NCBI GenBank assembly: GCA_905252715.1
Contig: CAJNOU010001932.1
Span: 3,897 to 10,821, forward strand
From: Rotaria sordida
Lineage: Eukaryota
Length of the DNA: 6,925 bases
Direction: 5' to 3'
Positions 1 through 6,925 of the stretch are shown piece after piece. Positions within the stretch are counted from its first letter, which is position 1; each line of letters begins with the position of its first letter. A model generated the notes under the pieces. The model ran no database searches. It saw only the letters and a program-made list of their open reading frames with translations, and was not told the origin of the DNA. The position numbers were made by a program, and so were the translations under genes.

Positions 1-1130
1 CAAAATTTTTATTCAAACGATAGATTTCAAATCTATTTTTTGTTTTTTTAAATAATAATCTTATCAATTTTTTTCAGTTTTATCGTTAGTAAACAGTGAA
101 TCTATTATTTGACACCGTTCATAAGTGATGCATTTCCTTTTTTTTTTTTTAATAATTATCAAATAAATATTTTTAATATTCACTGATTAAAAATCTCTCG
201 ATAGATATTATTGGACAAAAAAAAATAAAGTAATTTTTTGTTCAAATTCAATTTTTTCATCAAAGAATTCTATATCTTTCAAATGTATCAGATTTTTTAA
301 AATTATGAAAATAATTTTCGACTGATGTTCTTGTCTTATTTATAATTTATCATTTGATCAAGATATTACCTGGTATTCTTTGTTTGTTTTTGAAAGAAAA
401 CAAAATTCATATTCATCTCTAATCAAACTTCATATATGCAAGAATTTCTAACTAACAATTATGTTATCAATTATTTCTATTATCATACTACATATTGTCA
501 GGCAATTATCAACATCATTCACAGATACAGAACAATTTATACTAATTCTATTAAATATTCCAATAAAATATCTCTTTTGAAATTGAATACGAATAATTCG
601 AAAAAGACTATTTAGATAAAGATAGCAGTACATCAATAGAGAAGATCTCAATATGTTATGCTATACAGAATCATTTATGAATAAGTTTTCGACTATAACT
701 ACACACAATGTAAATAAATTTGATAAAAGGCATTGCAGTGATCCATATATGAACCCATGTCCAAGACAAAAGTTAACTTTCGTGCTCAAATTGATATCTA
801 TCGTTATCAAGACATCGTCAAAGTCGGTTAAAGACAGTTTACAAGCATTTTATTCGCAAACTTTCTTACATAAAGCCATATTCAGTATTTTATGGATATT
901 ATAATTTGTGAGCAGCAGTTTCCCAGACTTGTGTTTTTTCAGATTCTCCTATAAATCTCAGTATTCATTTTAATATCACATGAAATTCATAGTTACAATT
1001 AGCAGATGGGAGCATCTGATTAACGAAATCTTATTTCCTCGACTGTAGGGAGGGTCATATGAAAAAAATTACATGCATTTGTATGCTTGTGACAAGTTCA
1101 AAGGTAAAAAAACCATGGGCTTAGAAAAAC

Positions 1131-1330
1131 TTAAAATTTGATCAAAGGTTTTCGGGGTTGAGGAATCGAATAGTATCATTAGTTTTCGAAAATTTTCAAA
1201 TGAATTTTTTTACTTAAAAAAGTCTTTTTTTAAGGAAATAATTTATTTTTATAAAGTTTGACCGAAGGTATTCGGAACCAAGAACTCGAGTGATATAATT
1301 AGCTTTGAAAAATTTTCGTAGTAGTTTTCT
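1131..1330 (+). repeat. Degenerate direct repeat, two copies (about 1131-1200 and 1251-1320) offset by exactly 120 bp
   Basis: Ungapped by-eye alignment of ttaaaatttgatcaaaggttttcgg...gaaaattttcaaa against ataaagtttgaccgaaggtattcgg...aaaaattttcgta gives about 49/70 identities. Confidence 0.65.
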
Positions 1331-1501
1331 CACTCTATGCATCGATATATGGAACAGCAATTGGAGCTATGCCAGTGACACGTTCAGTCTTCGAGTCACT
1401 ATAAGTCACTTTCTGATGGAAAGAATTGGTTTGAACACTATCAGTAACTGATGATGCCGGTCGATTTCTGGTCCCTGAAAACCTTGTATTGAGTTTTACA
1501 A

Positions 1502-1519
1502 GGGTGTGGGTGTGGGGGG
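1502..1519 (+). repeat. Short telomere-like TGTGGG tract (gggtgtgggtgtgggggg)
   Basis: Exact GGGTGTGGGTGTGGG read directly in an otherwise AT-rich context. Confidence 0.8.
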
Positions 1520-1774
1520 AACAGGAATGATCAGCACGAGGAAAGATGAGCACGAAAGTGCTTGAGTGAAGATGTAGGCGTGGTTCGTGACAAGACCATA
1601 TCGACACATTCCTATACTCATGTCCATTCATATTTTCCTTCTTTGTTTTGTATTACTCAATACTGTGGAGTTTAACACTCCCGTGGTGATCGTTCACTGA
1701 CCCATTTATTTAAATCAAATCTTACCAGAACGTAGATAATGATGTAGTATAAACATACTTCACTAGGTATGTAA

Positions 1775-1858
1775 GAGTGTGGGTGTGGGTGTATGGCTGT
1801 GGGTGTGAGTGTGGGTGGAGGGTGTGAGTATGAGTGAGTGGGTGTGTTTGAAGGTGGG
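1775..1858 (+). repeat. Degenerate telomere-like G-rich tract (GTGTGGG/GTGAGTGTGGG variants)
   Basis: gagtgtgggtgtgggtgtatggctgtgggtgtgagtgtgggtggagggtgtgagtatgagtgagtgggtgtgtttgaaggtggg. Confidence 0.85.
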
Positions 1859-1897
1859 TCCGCGGGTACGAGTGTGCTATTCCTAAATAATACATAT

Positions 1898-1949
1898 CCA
1901 CACTCACACCCACACTCACACCCACACCCACACCCACACCCGCACCCCT
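1898..1949 (-). repeat. Telomere-like tract in the opposite (C-rich) orientation, with a core of about 4 tandem CCCACA units at 1921-1944
   Basis: ccacactcacacccacactcacacccacacccacacccacacccgcacccct; core cccaca cccaca cccaca cccgca cccc. Confidence 0.88.
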
Positions 1950-1980
1950 GAACCTGATATATCGAAGGGTGTGGGTGTGG
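1934..1980. repeat. Inverted repeat: arms 1934-1947 and 1967-1980, 19 nt spacer
   Basis: ccacacccgcaccc ... gggtgtgggtgtgg; 13/14 Watson-Crick pairs plus one possible G:T wobble. Confidence 0.75.
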
Positions 1981-1995
1981 ATGGATTTGGGTGTG
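1966..1995 (+). repeat. Telomere-like G-rich tract
   Basis: agggtgtgggtgtggatggatttgggtgtg. Confidence 0.75.
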
Positions 1996-2018
1996 TACTA
2001 GTCTTCCATTCATTCATA

Positions 2019-2034
2019 CGCACACCCACATCCC
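2019..2034 (-). repeat. Short C-rich telomere-like tract
   Basis: cgcacacccacatccc, the fourth alternating block in the 1775-2034 cluster. Confidence 0.55.
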
Positions 2035-2699
2035 ATTTATATGCGAGTTCGACCAAACCCACATGCCATACTTTGTATGACGAAATTACGACAGCTTCCG
2101 AGAGTTAATAGATCATGTATGACAATGTTTCGTTTCTCAACGAATAAAAGAGCTAGTTCAAAAACCAAACATAGCTTTTTTTTGTCGATAGATGCTGGTA
2201 ATAAAAGAGTAAAATGAATCGTTGAAATAACTATCTTTGGTTAGTTGACATATTTAGAAGGTAATCCTCCGAATATTGTCAGATCTATCTCATGAAATGC
2301 TTTACTGCCTAGTCATTTTATCTTACAGAGCAGGTTAAAATTGTTTCTTTTATCATGTAGTCTGATTAACAATTACAAATAAAATACTTTGGAAAGACAA
2401 AAGCAACGCTAAATACACGAAAATGTAGCTGAATTTTCCATGTATCAGAAATATATCAATTTTAGTGTCAAATATTTTTTTCGATTTCATTTTCAATAGA
2501 AAAAGTAGTCTAGAAAAATAAAAAATCTTACTTTTATGAGCAATTCGACGAGTTCTATTCAATCATACTAGACTTATTCAAAAAAAACAATTTGGCTTCA
2601 AATTCGAATTGCCAGCAACTTACAGCTTTCTTGATATAGAACAATTGATAGTTCATTTACAAATCAATAAAAAATGTTTACAAGCAAGGTAAACCTCTA

Positions 2700-2705
2700 T
2701 TTATT
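2700..2705 (-). promoter_or_regulatory. Candidate AATAAA polyadenylation signal for the GPCR gene
   Basis: tttatt on + (AATAAA on -) about 220 nt past the stop. AATAAA is frequent by chance in AT-rich DNA, so support is weak. Confidence 0.25.
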
Positions 2706-2923
2706 CTATATATGTGTCATAGATACACACAAAAGAAGCAATGGATGATTAATTGATACGATGAAAGCGTCACTAACGTAACCAAAAAAATGAAGACAAA
2801 TAAACAAGAAGAAAATTAATGTAAAGCAAATGTCATGACACTCTATTTGATTTCTAAGTCAGTCTTGACTGTGGAAAGCGCGCTTTGTTGCTGGATAGTC
2901 ACTTTTGGTTAATGAGATAATGC

Positions 2924-3822
2924 TTAAGAAGCCATATGCTTGTCTTTACGTTCTCTAGTAGCATTTTGCATAATTGTGATTGGTCTAATGCGAATATTGC
3001 GACGATCGAAACACTTATTTATCAATGTGCTTACAATAGCATATAATTCATGTCGAAATGCACGTGACACTAATACGTATAAGTAAAATGATGACACAGG
3101 AAACAGATAAGCACACATTTCTGTTGCAGTAAATGCAAATTTTTCAATAGCCAAACGATCGGCTGACTTATTTGATACATTGTTGGCTATAGCTCCGTAC
3201 ATTGTTCGAACGAATTGAGGTATTTGAACAATACAATAGAAAGTGACTTGTACAAACAACATGATTAATGCTTGTTGATCACGAATACGTTGAGCACTTG
3301 AATTAGTATTCGATCGAGCAGTGGCATTATTAGGATTGGTCTGTTTTCCACAGAGATTTCGTTTCATTGCAAGATTATATCGAATGAGTATTGCAGTTGT
3401 AATCATGATTGTTGCCGGAAGAATACCACCCATAGTTATAGTATAGATACTATGATAGAATGCTATTGATCCGCTATATGAAAGGGTACAAATATTAGCC
3501 ACTGAGTTTATCTCATAATATATAATCATATGAATGGGTAAGATAAGCCAAACAACAATCGTGTATGCAATCGTATAACGTGCAATGTGTACTTGAGCAA
3601 ATTTTCGTATGCGAGAACTTCTTGAAGTTAATGCATATCGATCGATACAAGCAATAGCTACTAACCAACGTCCCATCATGACAGTTGATTGCACTATATA
3701 GGGACGTGACTTGCAAAAAGCATGTATTGTTGTCATCGGATCGGGATGATCAAGTGCATAGAGATTTGCAGCAGAACCAAAACATATAAGTATTAATAAA
3801 ACTACTGAAGCTGCCAATAAGT
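2924..3822 (-). CDS. Exon 2 of the same family A GPCR: TM2 to TM7 and C-terminal tail
   Basis: The 2924..3835 ORF encodes LLAASVVLLILI... (TM2), HAFCKSRP...VAIACIDRY (TM3 with Cys and DRY), VVWLILP (TM4 W/P), SVANICTLS (ECL2 Cys), GGILPATIM (TM5 P), FYCIVQIPQ (TM6 P), MCAYLFPVSSFYLYVLVSRAFRHEL (TM7/H8) and a TAA stop at 2926-2924. The acceptor TTTCTTGTTTTCTATAG|AC places the exon start at 3822. The ORF track's M at 3835 is a TTG inside the intron. Confidence 0.93.
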
Positions 3823-4364
3823 CTATAGAAAACAAGAAATTTATGATTTAACATTTTTCAAATATCTTCATCAAAGAATATGTTTGAAGATTATAATTAT
3901 TTACTAAGAAACAAGACTTTAATTGAAAAATTCGAAAGCATATCCCATATTGAAAAGATAACTATCCTTGGAAAATTATATCGTTAATCCAAAAATCGAT
4001 ACTGATTTCAACAATCAGTAGAACAGTCATTTAAAAAAAATAGTTCACCGATAAAATTGATTCTTATTGTGATATATTAATAATATAGGTAAGCTAATAG
4101 AAATACATTTTGTAATGGGAAAACATAAGGAAATCTAAATAATGTATACAATTCCTCAAAATACAATGTAACGTTTCATAACGTCATATAATGATTTCTA
4201 ATGATTTCAGGAAAATATATGTACTCCCGAAAAACTTCGCTGCGTGTACGAATATATCCACATGACGTTACAAGAATATATGTGACACATGTATAGAGGA
4301 AACTCTCTGAGTTGAAGCATTACAAAATGTAACTGTATTTGTGTACCCCTCAAATGATACTTAC
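3823..4364 (-). other. Phase-1 spliceosomal intron (542 bp) of the GPCR gene
   Basis: GT donor at 4364-4363 (GTAAGTATC) and polypyrimidine tract plus AG acceptor ending at 3823. Joining T|AC makes Tyr, giving the continuous ICL1/TM2 sequence RRQFRITSCCNYLLAAS. Total CDS is 154+899=1053 nt = 350 codons + stop. Confidence 0.85.
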
Positions 4365-4518
4365 AATTGCAGCATGATGTTATGCGAAATTGTCGTCGTG
4401 ACAAAATAATAATATTGAGTAAACAGCCTGGAACACCAAATATGAGCCATGACGAATAACCATAACGAATTAATTGTAGTCCGGCACTGGCAAGCAATGT
4501 TGGTAGTTCTGTAGGCAT
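4365..4518 (-). CDS. Exon 1 of a family A (rhodopsin-like) 7TM GPCR: N-terminus, TM1 and start of intracellular loop 1
   Basis: ATG at 4518-4516 with an in-frame upstream TAA. Encodes MPTELPTLLASAGLQLIRYGYSSWLIFGVPGCLLNIIILSRRQFRITSCCN plus one base (154 nt). TM1 has an N1.50-like residue in GCLLNIIIL. A consensus donor (AATT|GTAAGTATC on the minus strand) ends the exon after base 4365, before the ORF drifts into non-GPCR sequence (KYHLRGTQ...). Confidence 0.85.
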
Positions 4519-6302
4519 TTTTATGAGAATGAATAAATTCTCTTAGTCCTTCCGTTTCCTTCTTGTTTTAAAATCTAAATGTGTAAAAAAAAAACCTTAT
4601 CAGCGCAACTTATGTATTTCATTCTAACCTGGGTAAACCAATTAAAATTTGTAAAATGAAAACTTTCTTAAAGATTATACTTGTTCTTTGAAACGAATTG
4701 ATCATTAGAGAAAAAATCTGCCTTATTTATTTCCACACTTTCAAAAGTTATTTATTAGTTTCTTCGTCACTCACTTTCACATTTACACTATTATTTGTTT
4801 TGTTTTCATTTTTTTTAATGATTTAATATAATTATCTTTTTTTTCTAATCAGTAATGGATTGTTAATCTCTGTAATGGGATGAAAGGAACCGTAAAAACT
4901 CGCTTTTAAACTTACGCTCGCTATTTTCTTCAAAAATGTATGTCAATTGCGAAAAGTAATCTTGATAAGTTGTATATTTACTATGTGGAGATACATTGAC
5001 GTCTGTTTATACGAAAGAAGTGACAGATTTCATCATAGGTTTATAAATAGATATATAACAGAATACTGAAAACAAATTTTAATAAAATACTGGAATTTGA
5101 AATATAGAAATATCAGCTTGTCACAAAAAAAATCTAATGTCTACCATAGACGGATCTATTTCAGAAGATGAAGAAAAATGAAATACGTTGTTATATCTCT
5201 TGATAAATTTAATTAATATAAATAGTGATGATGTAAGAAACACCGAAATTCTGTAATTTTATCTAATCTTCATGTAAATGTTACATAGATCAATTTTCAA
5301 TTAAGAACGTCATAAGAGTAATAATGATGAAAAAGAAAATACCATCATAAAAACATATTTTATGCAAAGTGACTTGTTTAGAGTAAACAAAGATAGTTAG
5401 AAAAATAAAGTTTTCATGTTTGAGATGCATAGGTTAGTGTTTGAAATCAATATTTGAATAATTTTCTGAAAATAGTCTTTATTTGAAAGTTATATCGAAG
5501 TGCGTAAAATAATTATGATTCATATTTCACTATTTCCCGTTGATTCATATAGCATAGTGATGCAAAAGAAATGCATTGCATTCCATATTGAGGTCCAGAT
5601 ATTTTGAAATATCAACGAAATATAAAGAGGAAAATTCAGATCAAGAAAAAATCTTTTCTTTTAATTATGTAGTGAATTGAAGAAGAAAAGAATTGAGAAT
5701 AAACAAGATGCAGTATCATTTAATTCATGTGTTAGACTTTTTAAAGGCATTTCATTTTTAATCTAGATTTTGTTTCCTATATTAAATAACATTCATTAGA
5801 ATGCGTCAAAGATTAATGCAAGTAAGTGGAGCTCACAAGCATATATTATTAGGTAGAATAACAATGACAGTGAATCTTACCATGACACTTCATTAAAACC
5901 AAAGGGGTGATTTAATTATTTGACCTTCTGATACGAAAGCCTTTTAAGCATACATCATCAATATAATTTCATCAAACAAAAATTATTTTTATTCATTAAG
6001 ATTTATTTCTTCAATTAGAGTTTGTTTTTTCTTTTTACTGGAACATATAAATCATTATACAATGACCGTAATTAATGTACATATTCTAAAGCATCCATAA
6101 TGGCTTATATACACAATATAAGAAGAAATGACAAGTAGAATTGTACATTATTATGTATAAAATCCATTCAATCTAGAGTGTTACAAAGTAGTTGTCAATG
6201 TTTCAAACGATTGTATGTTTCAATTCAATCTAACCTCGTTTCAAATAAATTCGAGTACACTTACTGAAATCAATCAACTTGTGTCACAATATAGAAGGGT
6301 CT

Positions 6303-6325
6303 GGATGTGGGTGTGGGTGTTGGTC
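6303..6325 (+). repeat. Telomere-like G-rich tract
   Basis: ggatgtgggtgtgggtgttggtc. Confidence 0.8.
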
Positions 6326-6337
6326 TCCTCGCAGGGT

Positions 6338-6396
6338 ACACCCACCCACACCCAAACGCACACGCACACGCACACCCACACTCACACCCCACCCGC
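6338..6396 (-). repeat. Telomere-like C-rich/CA-rich tract opposing 6303-6325
   Basis: acacccacccacacccaaacgcacacgcacacgcacacccacactcacaccccacccgc. Confidence 0.82.
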
Positions 6397-6814
6397 ATTA
6401 GTACGTAGTGTATGTGTGAATTTACATATGAACTTCTGTCAGTGACCAATATGCTCATACTCAAAAATTAATTTAGAACCGCCACAAAGTATTACGTGAA
6501 GTAGTGTAATCAAATCGAAACAGCGAACATGTTTTTTTTTATCGAATATTTAGTGGATGGTATTGGGTGCAAAATGATAATTTGAACGTTTTCATTTGAT
6601 TACAGCTATTCAACCTAATAACAATCCTGTAAAATTCTCGCTTTTTGAATTTTCAGGATTCTGGCTAATTAAACTTCGTAGAAGAAATACACTCAATAGA
6701 ATAAGAAGAAATAATTGTATATTGAAAAGTTCCAAACATAAGAGGATAGTCTTCCTTGGAATTTCAAAAGAGAAACTTTTTCTGATTTTTTGCTTATATT
6801 ATCAATTAGGTCCA

Positions 6815-6890
6815 GGGTGGGTGTGGGTGTGTGTGGGGGTTGGGTGTGGGTTTGGTTGGGTGTGTGGGGGTGGGGAGGCGGGTGTATGTG
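6815..6890 (+). repeat. Telomere-like G-rich tract with strong G-quadruplex potential
   Basis: gggtgggtgtgggtgtgtgtgggggttgggtgtgggtttggttgggtgtgtgggggtggggaggcgggtgtatgtgg; more than four G3+ runs separated by short loops. Confidence 0.85.
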
Positions 6891-6925
6891 GACGGCCTAG
6901 CGCTGATCCAAGTCGACTCCGGCGC

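Noticed and set aside
143-153. Poly-T run
   Set aside because: Simple homopolymer in AT-rich DNA; no flanking element structure to support a retrotransposon tail.
448-904. ORFs 448..651 (-) and 653..904 (+)
   Set aside because: Short, in AT-rich DNA, with no recognisable domain or supported splice structure. The 653..904 peptide has reasonable composition but nothing to support it as a gene.
1448-1482. CTGATGA...GAAA resembling a hammerhead ribozyme core, of interest because Penelope-like elements can carry hammerheads
   Set aside because: The sequence between CTGATGA and GAAA (tgccggtcgatttctggtccct) does not form a proper stem II directly adjoining the core, and no supporting stem I/III was found.
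1335-1631. Minus-strand ORF of 98 aa
   Set aside because: Crosses the TGTGGG tract (CSPHTHTL) and shows no known motif; kept only as a possible remnant in findings, not called CDS.
1722-1937. Minus-strand ORF of 71 aa (VGVGVSVGVS..., THTHTLHPHS)
   Set aside because: Same repeat tract in another frame; artefact.
1672-2013. Minus-strand ORF of 113 aa rich in Cys/Gly and His/Pro/Thr
   Set aside because: It is a translation of the telomere-like repeats (CGCGCG, HPHPHP); repeat periodicity removes stop codons. No protein family is recognisable.
2353-2562. Minus-strand ORF of 69 aa, rich in K/F/L/I
   Set aside because: Composition typical of chance ORFs in AT-rich DNA; no homology signal.
3513-3716. 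ORF of 67 aa overlapping GPCR exon 2
   Set aside because: Alternate-frame shadow of the real coding exon.
4365-6214. Search for additional genes, a retroelement RT/endonuclease, transposase, tRNA or CRISPR array
   Set aside because: Apart from GPCR exon 1 ending at 4518, there are no long ORFs, catalytic motifs, tRNA box B-like GGTTCRANNCC or regularly spaced repeats; only AT-rich low-complexity sequence.
6215-6464. ORFs at 6215..6445 (+) and 6270..6464 (-) with VWVWVLV / THTHTHTH / CGCECGCACAC
   Set aside because: Both are driven by the TGTGGG/CACACG repeat; overlapping opposite-strand ORFs of low complexity.

Overview
This looks like an AT-rich, gene-poor eukaryotic window, most likely from a bdelloid rotifer subtelomeric or accessory region. 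The taxon is inferred from TGTGGG-type telomere-like repeats plus the GPCR style; it was not tested. The one convincing gene is a two-exon, minus-strand rhodopsin-class (family A) GPCR: exon 1 at 4518-4365, a 542 bp intron at 4364-3823, exon 2 at 3822-2924. Splicing gives a 350 aa seven-TM protein that the six-frame ORF track splits in two. The most distinctive non-coding signal is a set of short, degenerate TGTGGG/CCCACA tracts at about 1502-1519, 1775-2034, 6303-6396 and 6815-6890. Two of these loci are arranged G-rich then C-rich, with a similar spacer (GGTC..CGC.GGGTAC). They could form hairpins and G-quadruplexes and resemble telomere-fusion or element-junction scars. A degenerate direct repeat with a 120 bp offset lies at 1131-1330, and the last 35 bp are abruptly GC-rich. 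No reverse transcriptase, transposase, CRISPR, rRNA or tRNA is supported. I found no convincing evidence of a new multi-gene system.
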